NCBI GenBank assembly: GCA_030248215.1
Contig: JASANG010000627.1
Span: forward strand, 372,001 to 436,000
Direction: 5' to 3'
Origin: Enoplolaimus lenunculus
Taxonomy: Eukaryota
DNA: 64,000 nt
Positions 11,280-24,357 of this stretch are shown here, in pieces; position 1 is the stretch's first letter, and each line of letters begins with the position of its first letter. The notes beneath the pieces were generated by a model, which was given only the letters and a program-made list of their open reading frames with translations, made no database searches and had not been told where the DNA came from. A program made the translations under genes and the position numbers.

Positions 11280-14200
11280 GAATGGGCTGACTCTCTATCG
11301 ATAAGTTGACTATCAGTTGGTCGTTTTGGTGTCGACGCAACCGATTGGAACGACGATGCTGATAGAGTTGACAAATTCGCTGACGCACCAATGACGTAAT
11401 CGGCGCCGTAATCGATGACGTAATTGAAGTAGTAACTGGTGATTTAAAAGATGGTGACAAAACTATTTACCTGGGCGAAGACGTGAATGATGTACTCATA
11501 ATGAATCCAATGACATGGTGACGTAGCCGGTGATGAAGTTCTTGCGGTGGATGACGTGATCAATTAGGTGGTTGATATGATGACGTTTTTTCTAAAATAA
11601 CTAATGACGTGATCGATGGCGTGGTAGATATGTGGTGACGTTGTTTTCGTATTGAAGACGACGTTAGTAATACTGAAGTCGGTGACGAGATTTGATTAAG
11701 TTTCAAGTGAGAATACAATTTTCGACAACAATTTCGAAAATGGCTTAAGAAGCAAATAAAATGCTAATGATAACATAGAATTAACGTACTAAAACACATG
11801 CGTATTTTGCTTTAGTTTTTAGAATATAGCGCTTGTCATCAAATGATAGAGTTCCGGCGGTGCAACTCGAGTTTATACCCGTATTCTGAAATGTGTAGAA
11901 CACGCTATAAACCAGGGCTTCCTCTGGCTACAAGCCCGTCATCGAGCTTCAATAATAGAATGGTGACGGTAAAAAACAACTTCCGTGGCTTGTGTTCAAA
12001 ATCTACCACGCGCACAAGATTAAGCTTTTGAGGAGTATTCAGACCAACTGTGCTTACACAATTTTAGGCAGTGCACGTTATACTAAAACAGGCTTAATAT
12101 TGAACCACTTTTTGTGCCAACATTCATGTTGCGTTCATGCCAGCGGCGGTGGAAGCAATTTAAAAGCGAGTGGACAAAATGACAAATTTGCCACCACCCA
12201 CGAGTGGTAAGAACTAAAGCCCGTAATCTCAAATGTGTGTGGCGCCTATTACCAATTGGTGATCGGTCCCGGAACTTATGAAACGAAAGCATGCTGGGGT
12301 TCAAAATTCAGCACACTGTTCGTGCTTTATTCGCCCAATTTCTGTATAAATTTTGAGATCTGCAATTGCAGATGTGCGTCAGTTCGAAAATCTATCGCTA
12401 ACTGACGATAGCTGCAATACGCATTTGAGAATATGGGCTTTTATTTCTGGTATTTAAAAAAATTCATATTTACATCCCAACAATTATGAAGCAAGACCGC
12501 CGCACAGAACTGAGTTGCAATTCGTACAAAAATATTGAGGATAACGAACCAAAAACTGAAAATTCTGAATTTTGCACCGGAACCGAACAGTGAGCAATGT
12601 AAAATACGTCGTTAAACAGCGTAATTTGCGAAATTTGCTCGCGAAGCGCAAAATGCATACTACACTTCTAGGCATACAACCGTCAAACCACACAATGAAC
12701 CATGAAAAATTTCTTGTGCAAAGAACTAAACCAGACTACTGCGAGATGGGCTCTTCGTGAGGTATTAACCAAGAGCGTAACAGCTTATCTAAAAACAGAA
12801 ACCACATACACCAGCGCAATATATAATGGTAAAAAGAAACTCACGAGCGATGCGTGCGAGAAGCCAATCCCCCATTTGTCAAAGTGGTGAAATCCTTACC
12901 GCGAGTACGTTGGGCGCTTTCCGCGGCAACGGCGGTCAGATCAATGCAAGCAACCAGAGCTGCGCACAAAAGCACTCGAGCGCCGCAAGCCTAGCGATTG
13001 ATGCAATTTTTGTATTAATTCAGTCTGCCTATTTAAATTTGAAAACAAATTTCCCTGCCCTATTTTCTGTGTGGAAGGCGCATCATGTAAAACTCCACTA
13101 ACAAATTTTTGTTTTTGTGGACTCGGTGGTAACTCGGTGTTATTGTTGTGGAACTAAAACTCATAACAAGACACTAGTGATATAAAGACGAGACGGAATT
13201 CGTAAAGGAAATGCTGAGACCAAAGCGAGTGAAAATCAGACGTAAGTTTTTGTACAAAAATGTTTTACGCGCCTGATTGGATTCAAATTGGAATCAAAAT
13301 ATGAGGGGGGAGGGGCAAAATGCCATTTTTTTAAACGTTGAGGGCAACTCTCTTTTGCCCTACGCTCCACCGCTATTTCTGAAAGCGAGTACATAAAAAA
13401 TTAAGCAGGCTGAATAACATTCCTTAGGCAAAGGGTAACTAAACACAACGTGACCTAACGTAGTCAGTTTCATATTTAGGTCATAAAATGCATGCGGATA
13501 TTTGAATGATTTACAGACGAGGCTAAAACATTTTAGTAAGGTAAAGTCAAAATTTTTTATAAAAGGTTGACTAACCCCCCCCCCCCCCAACAGCTCTCTT
13601 TGGCCACTGGCCTGCTAGACATTCGACAAACCTGTGAACGTGAAAAAAATTTTGACGTTTCGAATGCATATAATACATATTTATTTTTCGAAACACAATA
13701 CCTCGAATGAAAATTTTTCGAATCTATAAATTAAACTGGCAGGGTTCCAACGAAATTCGGATTCCGACTAGGTAAAATTCTGGTAAAATTTGGGCTCCGA
13801 TTCTGATTCTGACTGACTACTATTTCAAATGCCGGAAGGCTTCAGGTGTGACGGGCAAGCTTAATCGCACAAACAAAGACACTCTTGTTCTAAAGCTTGA
13901 GCGTTCAAGAATAAAACAGCATTTCGCTTCGAAAAAAGCCCTACAGCTGATAGCGAATAGTAAAATTAGAAATTTTGTTTGCATAATCCGTATTGTTCGA
14001 AAACTGATTATTTTCCATACAATGGCCAATATTGAAGCGGAAATTAATACGCTAATCAAAACTCGATGAACAATGCAAATTTCATAAATCCGGCAGTATC
14101 TGAACAGATATAGCTTTGAGCAAAACGTTTGCTTCACACACGATCCCAAGCTTAGGCTTAAGATTAGGAATATGCTTATAATACTGATTCGTTCCTGTTG

Positions 14201-16051
14201 TTTACATTGGCCCAATGACGAACAAACACGTTTTTATTATTCGTTGAATATTGGTTAATATTTCAACAAAACGCCACTTCTAACTGAATACCCACACGCG
14301 CACACATTCGCGGGTTCAGCTCTAGTATATTTGATATTAACTGGTTCCTATAAAAAACTAAAATTAAGTAAGCGTAGAAGCTGGACCACAACAATGGCCG
14401 TAAACGGCGCGCCTCGTCTATTTACATCTTTGTTTTCTCGTGCCACAACATTTATCGAAAGCATTTGCAGAATTCTATGCTAAGAACAATTTTTTTTGCC
14501 CTCTGCATAAACCTTCCTGTTTCATTTTACTAACAATTCCTAGTTGCAGGTTTGTATGGATGGAGGCAAGCAAAAATATTTAGATGTTACGCTTGTGTTA
14601 ATATTTTAGCTGACAGCACGTCCAATGACCGTCGACTCTCAGTTGTGACCAAACTTCACCAAATCTTGCCACTTCCTGATCAATAATACACGAAAAAGAT
14701 TTAACCCAAATTATACCTACTTTAGTATCTTGTCATTAATGAGGATAATTCACTACTGTTTCTAGTAAATCTCATGGCTTTCATATTTGCATTATAAATC
14801 ATAAAACTGTATATACCGTGGAGTGCCAGCTGTATATAATACCGTGGGAATAAATGCCAGTTGTATATAATACCGTGGGAATAAATGCCAGCAGTTTTGT
14901 TTCTGTAGTACTGAAATTTTGAGCTTTGGAAGGCTCCAGGGTTGATGGGTGTTCGTGATCATGCAATTACCAATAATCAGGCTAATTATCAGCTTTAAGG
15001 TCATGATTTACAATATGTTCTGCCATTTTCAAATCGCATAGACAACAACTTTTTCTAAAATACTCACCTTTAATTTAATGGACTCCGCTTCGCTTAAGTT
15101 CAATTAGTTTATTTCAGTAATTGAGCTTAAATTAACAGTGCAATGAAATGTTGACATTTAGTTTGTATACAACGAATTTGACAAAATAAAAATTCAAATC
15201 TTGGCCCGTATTCATCAATTGTGTGTTTAACAGAGAAATTTTCGAAATATTCATTTCAAAACATTTTCAAAACAATGAATTTCATAAGTGTTAAAATAAA
15301 AAGATCACGATTTTTCAGCTAATATTGCAAAATAAAAACAAGTTTATAATTAACAAAAAATCTGAAGGAAGCTACGTAACTTGAGCAAAAACGGACTTTA
15401 CCACTCGAACGAAATTAAAATTTAAGTTTACTATATACACTTTTAAAAACCTGAAACAAATGCAGTAGCCAGAAACGTATGAAAATTTGTGAGTATCAAA
15501 CAAATTGAAAATTTTGGCAATGCACGCGCGGACAATTTTAAAAAAATAAGTTAAAATTATATGCCAATTTTTCTTAAATGTCTGAATGAGAAAACGATAT
15601 TAAGATCTCGAGCCAACTTAATCTGAGCTCTATCGCAGATTAGCCTATGAACGACTCGAGAAGAACAAGGTTATTTGCTCGCACACAACACTAAAAGCAA
15701 TTTGTTGGCGTCGTTCGCTTAAGCTTGAATAATCCTAATATTAATCCAAGCTTAGGTGCCTTGTCACATTGAATCAACTCAGTGTTTGTACCGAGATAGC
15801 CTTCTAAAAACTTTTGGTGAAATAGACGCAAAACGCAGAAACACTGCAGTTCGCACTTGAAGATGCCAACCTGGTGCGTAAGCTACAGATTTAACTTCAA
15901 TAGCAGTATAGCAATGCTTTTACATCGAAAGACAACTAGAATTTAGAGAACATTTTAAAATATAAATTGACCCATTTTTGGCCCATGTATATAGCAGAGC
16001 CGGAACAGTAGTATAAGCATATTCCTAAGCCTAAGCCTAAGCCGATTTTTT

Positions 16052-16242
16052 GGCCCATGTATTGAACAGGGCCGGAACAGTAGTAGAAGCATATTCCTAA
16101 GCCTAAGCCAAAGCCTAAGCGTATACATGAGCCTATTCCTAAGCCTAAGCATAAGCCTAAGCAAACAAATTAGTCTAAAGCTTAAACTGACTCTAGTATA
16201 GCCCCTCCGGAAAACGATCCGGCCCTGTTCTATACATGGGCC
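16052..16242. mobile_element. Merlin-like MITE carrying telomeric TTAGGC/GCCTAA repeats, with its left end tandemly duplicated at ~15980
   Basis: TIRs GGCCCATGTATTGAACAGGGCCGGA / TCCGGCCCTGTTCTATACATGGGCC, TSD gatttttt/catttttt. Confidence 0.8.
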
Positions 16243-19200
16243 CATTTTTTTGATAGAATTTGAAATTATTTGTGTAATCAAACAACCAAATTACATAGCT
16301 ATCCAGCGTTTACAATCTACGCAATGCGACAAAAGAAAAAAAAGATGCTCTTTTCTAAGAATTTAAGTATATACTGAAATAAAACAGGGAATCTCAAGAA
16401 GAAATGAATTATTATGACCAAAGCTGGAATTTAAAAGAAACAGAGTATAACTGCTGTACGAAGGTTTGCAAACGATATCAAACAATTTTTACGCGACACT
16501 TCCGATTGCGCATTACATTCCTTATATACGTCTTCTCTCAATCGGCATTCGACAATGCAAATAAGATCGTATAAGGCTAAAACACAATCCCTATGTTCCT
16601 TACCTAAGAACATTACACAAATCTCTACATTAAATTTTGAGACACAACAGCTGGTTGATTGAAATTTCACCGAATTTTATCATTTTAGTCTAGTAAAACA
16701 TTTTATAGGAAGCGGTAACTTTTATCTCTTCTAAAATTTAATTTTGGGCGAGATCTTGCCAAAATTTTGAGACTAGGCCGTTACCAATACTAGCCCGTAG
16801 CCAGCTCACCTTGTTAGGGGAAGCTATAAACTTTTCAGGGGGGTCATGCAACAATTTTCGTTGACTTAATACAAACAAGGTTGAAACTATTCTGGAAAGG
16901 GTGGTCAAAATTCCTGGTGCCCCGTTTGGCTACGGGCCAGTACTAATAGCTCACGGCTAATACGTAAAGAAAAACTGGTATTCTGAATAAGACTACCTTG
17001 CGTCATTAGGAACTTTTTGAAAATCTCTATTTTAATTTTCCCACGGCGTCTCGAAAATTTTGTTTCGTGGAGTTGTTCAACATTTGTAACCAATGCTCGT
17101 ATCCCATCGGTGTGTTTTGATACTTTTAGAAAGTCAATTACTAAATTACACGTGAAAATAACAGTTTTAGATAAAAATGTCGGCCCATGTTATTTTAAGG
17201 GGCGTCCAAGTTTCTGGTAGGTCCATAAAAAAGTAGGTTTAAATTCTAGATTACATTTTTTAGCTTAGGCTTAGGCTTAGACTTAAGAACTTATTTTCGC
17301 AACGCTTAGGCTATTAAGCTTAGGCTTTTAGAAATGCGCTTAATCTATTGTTACGCCCCTTAAAATAACATTGGCCTAAAAATGTCATCCAACCATGAAC
17401 ACAGTGGATTCGTCGTTAGTTAATAATGCATATATATCTGTGTTTAAGGATTGTAGGCGTTTTTTCTCAGCAAATTGGCTTATTAACATTGTTAAAAACA
17501 GCTTGTTTTTGCAAAACTCTTGTTATCTCTGTGCCCAACGACGAATCATAGACAATTACAGCACATGAAAATTGGAAATCTGAAAGCAAAGGAGTTGTGT
17601 GGTTTATCCGAAAAAGAATTTCCGCAAAAATGCAGTACTCAGTGTCGCTACGCTTGTAAAATACATAGAGAAAAAGTTTCGTAGAAATCGTAAACAAGTT
17701 TTTTTTTAAATTTTGGCTTGAACAATCAAAGGTTTAAATAAAAACACGGGGGCGTACCGAGAGATGATTTGGAGCTCGAAGAGCCACGCCCCATAGTCGG
17801 AATCTGTATGTGCGCCATTCTTTCTACATTAGACACAAAACTACGCCTAACTTTTCGGCCGCCTCGCTCGTGAAGGTTTTCACTGTTCAGTTTGCGAAAA
17901 ATTTTACATGCGGCGCTGTCCAAATGAAACTATCAAAGTCAAATTTTCCCACCTGACCAACTGAAAAGTGATGATAGCAATAAAACTTGTGCTAAGCTTC
18001 ACAATAACACAAGCGCTACATCAGGGTGTTTCGGTTTGGTAAATTTTTGAATATACTACAGAGGGATTTAATACTGAAACAATGTATAGTTTGTCGCTGG
18101 ATTCGCTCGCGAATTCTGCAAAAGTCAACTAAGTCTTGGCTGCAAGCCTTCACTCAACTCTATTTCAATTGGTGCCTTGAAACATTTCATATGCAAAAAT
18201 GCGCTCACAAAGATTCCAAATTGAACCACCAGTGGCGGATCCAGGATCTCAAAATGGGGGGCCTAAATTTCACAGGTAATAAACTTATTTTTGAGCTACT
18301 AACCCCAAAAAGGGGGCTTTTTATATTTATAAAATGTATTGAAATAAAAAATTGAACCACTGTACCAGAGTTAAGATACAATAGTATCAAGCTTTTCGCT
18401 CGCGTTATTTTCTTCAAGTCGTGCTCACGTGGCGAACAATTCGGCCTGGTCCAGTTACTCAGCCCGCCAAAAATTTAGAAGCCCTAAAAGGAAACTTAAA
18501 ATTGGTTCCGAAGCCTACTAGAGGAGCGTGACCAACATCATAAATGTATCCCACCAAAAATTAGATTCATAACTGCTAAAGAGTTCTAAATGTACTTATA
18601 GGTGGAAATCCAAGCACGACCCTTTCAAGATTCGGCACTTACAATCCAAATTTATGCGTACACCGCGGCAATATATATACATAGCAACTTTCATTGCCTA
18701 AAATTATTGAAAACATATTAACTACGTTTGAAGTTACGAAACATAGATACATGAAAAATCCCATGCGATTTAATTAACTCAATAAAGTCAATCAGCCATC
18801 ATCAACAACAACGCAGGTTCTATATGAAGTGCACTGTGCCATGTGCATGCCTTTGAAGTACAACTGATTGGCACCCTTAAGGTGCGGATAACGCGCGGCG
18901 TTAGCCGTCAGAGTCACGGATATGCAAGCACAAGCGTGGTATACCGCACGGCCGAAGAAGGTACGCGAAATTTTTTAAAGGCACCGCAGGTTTCTTAAGC
19001 GAGTACAGGCCCATAGCCATTTTTTAATCAAGTAATGGTTTAAAGTTTCCCATGAGACATCAAGTAAAATTCGTCGTTTTCCTCGAAGGGTATAAAGCAA
19101 AGTTTTTATCCCCTAATGATTAATGGTAGTGTATTGACCCGAATAAGAGGGGGGAAATAAGAGCAGGGTCCCCATTTTGAGTCCGAATCAATAGGAGTCC

Positions 19201-19681
19201 GTATCTATAAAAAGAATTTGTAAGCGGATAGAGTCCCTAAACCCTAATTAGAGTCCATAAGTGTCAATTAACCCTAAATTGTAGCGCCAAAATAACTCCA
19301 GGACCAAATAATTTGAGTTCGAAACTTTAAAGCGTACTTAAATTTTGAAAGTACATTCCTAAGTATAAAATTTTATTATCGCTCAAACTATTGAAACTAG
19401 ACAAATATACGTTTAATTCAACGGATAATTGCAGTACCGGATATATATCTGCAACGAAGGGCGGCGGAGAGTGGGTTGAAAATAAATAACAGTCTGTAAC
19501 CGAATGTGTCAATTAAAGTTTCCCTTCCCTTGAGGTTTCAAGTTAAATTCCAGTTTAGCTGAAGGTTGGAAAACTTCTCTGGCTACGGGCCCGTGCCGAA
19601 GTCAGTTTATTCAAGAAACCAAAGATAGTATGCACAGGGATTGTGGTACAAGTAAGTTGTAGCACGGCTTATTAGCGTTCC

Positions 19682-20357
19682 GGCCCATGTTACGATAAAG
19701 GCTGTCCCAATTGCCCGGGATACAAATATACCCGGAGTGCACACTTATGCGCTCCTGTTTACATATGCACAGGCAGATATATTTACGTAGGTATATATAA
19801 TATATACATATATACACACATATACATATATAATATATATGTGTATATATTATATATATAATATATATGTGTATATATGTATATATACACATATATCTGT
19901 CCATGTGTCCCAACTGTCCCATCTGTCCCAACTCTCCCAACTGTCCCATTTGTCACAACTGTCTCATCTGTCCCGCTGTCCCAACTGCCCCAATTGTCCC
20001 GCTGTCAAATCTGTCCCAAGTGTCCCGCTGTGCAAGAGTATGTATGTGTCTTAACATTACACACTCTGCACATACACAAGCTACACCGCATATACTCACA
20101 TGTTCCATCTGTCCCATCTGTCCCAACTGTCCCATCTGTCCCAAGTGTCCCATCTGTCCCAAGTGTCCCATCTGTCCCACTGTCTCATCTGTCCCGCTGT
20201 CCCAATTATATTTTTGGAATGTACTCTTGATACATTGCTGTCCCGGGAAAATGGGACGGGTACTCCTGGTACATTTCTGTCCCGGGAAAATGGGACGGGT
20301 ACTCCTGGTACATTTCTGTCCCGGGAAAATGGGACGGCCTTTAAAGTAACATTGGCC
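19682..20357. mobile_element. Merlin-like non-autonomous element containing (TA)n, a 9-bp minisatellite and 39-bp subterminal repeats
   Basis: TIRs GGCCCATGTTAC..TAAAGGC / GCCTTTAAAGTAACATTGGCC, TSD agcgttcc/tgccttcc. (CTGTCCCAW)n at ~19897-20030 and ~20100-20205. Three copies of CTGTCCCGGGAAAATGGGACGG. Confidence 0.75.
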
Positions 20358-20360
20358 TGC

Positions 20361-21382
20361 CTTCCGATATACAAATACACGCTGCTAATCTTTGCATTAA
20401 GCGTTCTAACGTAGCGGACAGCACCAGATATAGTGGAAGCATTCGCGAGCAAAGCGATTCAGAAACCAAACGCCATTTTACTGCAGAACCACTAAATACA
20501 AATCCTGGTTCCCAGCACTAGATCCACCAGTAGGAGGAACAGGGGATACGTGCCTCTCCTAAACTTCTGGCAAGACAAGAAAACACATGTTTGCCGGTTC
20601 TAAATTCAACAGCACTTTACAAAAGCTGCGGTGGCTTCTCAGAGGTAGACACAGAGTGAGTAGATTTGTGTGTCTTCTCGCCTTAGCAGTACTGCGGTGC
20701 TGAAAAGTATGCTATACAAATGGTTTCCTAATCAAACCGGAATTCCAGTTGCATGCATGCTATTTATATACTTGTTTATTAATCTTAGCGATTGCCATAT
20801 CTATTGAAGATTTTGGTGTTTTTCTTTGATGAAAAATTTATTGCAGATTTATGCCACGTACAGTTCGGAGCCTAACTTCAGAATAATTCCACTTTTCATA
20901 TATCAATAAACTACAAATAGTATTTGCACCTTTTTAGGCATGTGACAACTCAGTAGTGTGTCTGTTTAGTATGCCATCATCATGTGTTATCAAATGTTGA
21001 TACTTAATAATAGTCATTTGATTCTTCCATTGTCATTTTTTCAATAGACAAATCATCAACTGTTTTTGCGCCTGTGTAAGCATTAGTACACGATTTTCAA
21101 TATAAAACCGTTTTTCGGAGCGATTCAATATTTACGGAAAAAACCAACCCTGTGAGTGCGTGAATAAAGAACATGAGCAGCGTACTATTACAGAACTCAT
21201 ACAGCCGCCAACGTTCAACACTTGTGCTACCGCACTCCTGCTGCACTTGCGCCTACACTCGTTCTTTATTCACATGCACAGCAAGACAGCGATGCGTTCT
21301 TGCGCACACTCGCCTCACTTCATCCGGGTCGTGCTGCACACTTGACATATCGCAGAAGTACGTATGTCTTATATTTCGGAAG
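20361..21382. mobile_element. Interspersed inverted-repeat element (CTTCCGATATA...TATATTTCGGAAG) with a second copy at ~41917-42261
   Basis: Both left end (cttcc.atatacaaa..gctgctaa.ctttgc.t.aagcg) and right end (atcgcag.agt...tat.tcggaagaa) are shared by the two loci. The 41.9-kb copy contains 34-bp tandem repeats at ~42039-42130. Confidence 0.5.
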
Positions 21383-22610
21383 AAAACATATACTAACGCA
21401 AATTCTGTCCCATACTTAATTTACTCTACAGTAATTGTTATATATTTGGTACATTTAAAATATATACAGAACAAAAGCAAATCGCGATTACAGATTTGTA
21501 AGACTGTCTTATTTAGAGAAATAACTTTGTACCAATGACTCTTTTACAATGCACTAAATTTCGACCCTGGCAATTTGATATAAACCGGCCTACTAATGAA
21601 AATCGAAATATATAATTACATAACCAAGATTTTTCGTTTTGTTCAGTGGCCCAAATTCCAACCTGCCCACCGGCATTTGGCCAATAGGCTAAATAGCTAG
21701 TCCACCCTTGCGAACCCTCATTTCATAGTATTTTGTAGATCTCGTAAACCAACATCTTCCTCTTTGGCTTCGCACTAGTCACTTGATAACACTCATATTA
21801 AAACTAAATCACAGTTCTTAGTTTAGGACAGCCCTAAGTTTTGATATATACCTACATATATTTATATATAAATATATACAAATATATTAAAATAATCTAT
21901 ATCTGCTCTACGCTATAGGGAATATAAACCCTCAAAATTCAATTTATAAGTATAATGAAAGATTTGAAACTTTAGTTGACCCCAGGGATTGAAGACAAAT
22001 TTGTTGAAAGTAGTCACATGGCTCATAGCAATAAATATTGCGCTGCGTATATGCAAAATTTTACTGAACAGACACTTGATTAGTTTGTGATCTAAACACT
22101 GTAAAGTCTAGGAACCCAACGTATGCTGCAAAAAAATATCCGGTTCGTTATTAAATATCTAGGTCTATCCAAGATTAATAGCGTGTTCAGTAATATTGTT
22201 ATGAGGTTGAACGTATACATTCTTCGCCAATATAGGGCACAACCGTACCGGCTGAAGTCGATTTCGAACAGGTGCCTAGCCAGAGTTTTCAAATGAGTGT
22301 TAAAGGTAAGGTTTACGATTACGCGTCTCTAGCTACGAACCCACTCATGTTTTCTGGTTCAGTTCAAAAATGGTTAGTTGGGGTTTTAGTGTAGTATAAT
22401 TATGAATTATATACAATACACGCAGTGTTTATCCTGGTTGTCAAGTAAACCTAAACCAGTCGTACGTATGCAGGTAGTGTTTAAACAATTACAATTAAGT
22501 ATATACATTGGCTAAATGAACACTCCACTCTAAATCGTTTTCACAAAACGTTAAAGTGTTTATAAGTTATTAAGCAGTACCACATAGAGCCCTTCACGAA
22601 AATTTTGCTG

Positions 22611-22683
22611 CGGATGCGGTGGAGCTCGAACCCACGACGTACGGATTACCGGTCCGCTGTTCTAACCACTGAGCTACGCAGCC
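22611..22683 (-). tRNA. tRNA-Thr(GGT)-like sequence, probably a pseudogene or SINE head
   Basis: 73-nt cloverleaf: GGCTGCG TA GCTC AGTGGTTA GAAC A GCGGA CCGGTAA TCCGT ACGTC GTGGG TTCGAGC TCCAC CGCATCC G. Defects: C3-T70 mismatch, D-stem mismatch, C33, T61. Confidence 0.7.
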
Positions 22684-22755
22684 ATGCAAACTTTTCGCTA
22701 CAATGGCTATATATATACCTGAGTTTGGTACTACAAGATACGTATATATATGAAT

Positions 22756-23092
22756 GCGGATCCAGGATCTCAAAATGGGGGGCTCTAAAATTTCTCAGAT
22801 AATAAACATATTTTTGACCAACATACAAACCACGAACTATTGCCATAAAATTGACTTCTTTACGTTCGTTCCATTGAAATGAATCACAAATAAAACTAAC
22901 ATATCAACGCAATTTAGATCTAAACAACAGGGTGGCAACATAAATTCGGATTTGGTTTCGAACAGGCACAAATTTAAAGGCAGCTGCGTATACTATTGTG
23001 TATAAAACAGAGAACTGACACTATATAACTTTTGTCGAGATGCTGTTGGGGGGCCCACGGCCGGGGTGGGCCTCCCCATGGATCCGCCATTG
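22756..23092. mobile_element. hAT-like MITE (CARTGGCGGATCC family), left end eroded
   Basis: GCGGATCCAGGATCTCAAAATGGGGG ... CATGGATCCGCCATTG, homologous to 10214-10404 and 37741-37915. Confidence 0.7.
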
Positions 23093-24357
23093 CGCCGCGA
23101 AACCGACCCTTTCCCTCACAGACTATATTGTCAGCAACTATAGTAAACGCGCAAGATGCAAGAAATGCTGAATTTACAATGATTAATAATCATTGTACGA
23201 ACAAAAAAAATCACAAATATGCGAGCCCCTCGGCTCAACCGTTCAGCCGACGTATTAACGCTGTCCAGCCGATATTAACTTGGTTGCTCGAATTCTAGCT
23301 TGAAATTAATAAATCAAAAGATAAATGGAAAAAAATATGATTGAAATGGTTAATAATCCATGCACAGCATAAATAAAAAATCTTTCCTTCTACACAAAAA
23401 CATGAAGTCGCATATCGTACTTCTGAGTTTGTCAGACTGATTTAATCGATCAATATCTTCATGTTAACGCTAATTCGTGCGTTAATAACACCTTCGTGAC
23501 ATGTCCTTGTGACATGCCTAACATCTATGTCAAGATAACAGGAATATGTTATATGGAAACGAGTCAAATGGTCGCCTTATGATAAACGTAATCACGGTTT
23601 ATATACAGTTTCGATCTGTAGTTTAAGATCAATTCGCTCGTCTTATCTCGCCGTATCAAGCTAAAACAGGGATTGTTTGCATAAGGCAAAACCTTAGTGT
23701 AAACGCAGGAAGACAAAAGGGCTTGAAAGGCCATTCATATTTTCGAAACCAAAAGTTTGTATGAAGGATTTTATGCTAAAACTGCGTTTGGCTTCTTGAT
23801 CGCAATGACTCCTAATATATTTCAAATATATTCGCTCATTGCTGATCCCCCTTCGATATTGAACCCGCTACTGCGTCCATGAACACTATAAAGATAATTA
23901 CTTAGCTAGTTTTGTTTTTGCACGACACGTTAAGCTGAATCTGTTACGACGTCTGCGTGCAAATCTTTCTTTGTAGGTAAATTTTTGTCAGGTTCTGTGT
24001 GACCGTGTAATAACATGAAGCCGTACATATTTTATGCCTTTCTTCGAATAAAACGTAGAACAAACCTGAACCAACATATATTTGATTTTATACGCTGTAC
24101 AGAGATTTCCAAGGTTATACGCATCGTTTGAGTTCACCTACTCCTTTATAACGATTAAAAGTGATAACGCTATAAAATTTGAGGTTCGAATTGTAACGGT
24201 CCTATGAATATGGTTCACAGAGCGATGATTGCCTATAAAGTATTAATACTTTTGTCACGATCTTTGGAACTTTTATACTTCAATATCCGTTTTCCGTTAT
24301 TTTGATTACTGTCCGTTTCCGTTATTTTTACTATCCGTTTACACTCTGCTGCAAATA

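Noticed and set aside
14810..14892. Short 29-bp tandem repeat (TGTATATAATACCGTGGGAATAAATGCCAG)
   Set aside because: Only ~2.5 copies, an ordinary local duplication with no further structure.
15955..16281. LRLRLR / LGLGLG ORFs (also 43322-43726) or a true telomere
   Set aside because: Translations of short degenerate TTAGGC tracts inside MITEs; interstitial, not a chromosome end.
19611..20452. Metallothionein-like or collagen-like ORFs (CPICPN, GQMGQL)
   Set aside because: Open frames on both strands are by-products of a 9-bp minisatellite inside a TIR/TSD-bounded element.
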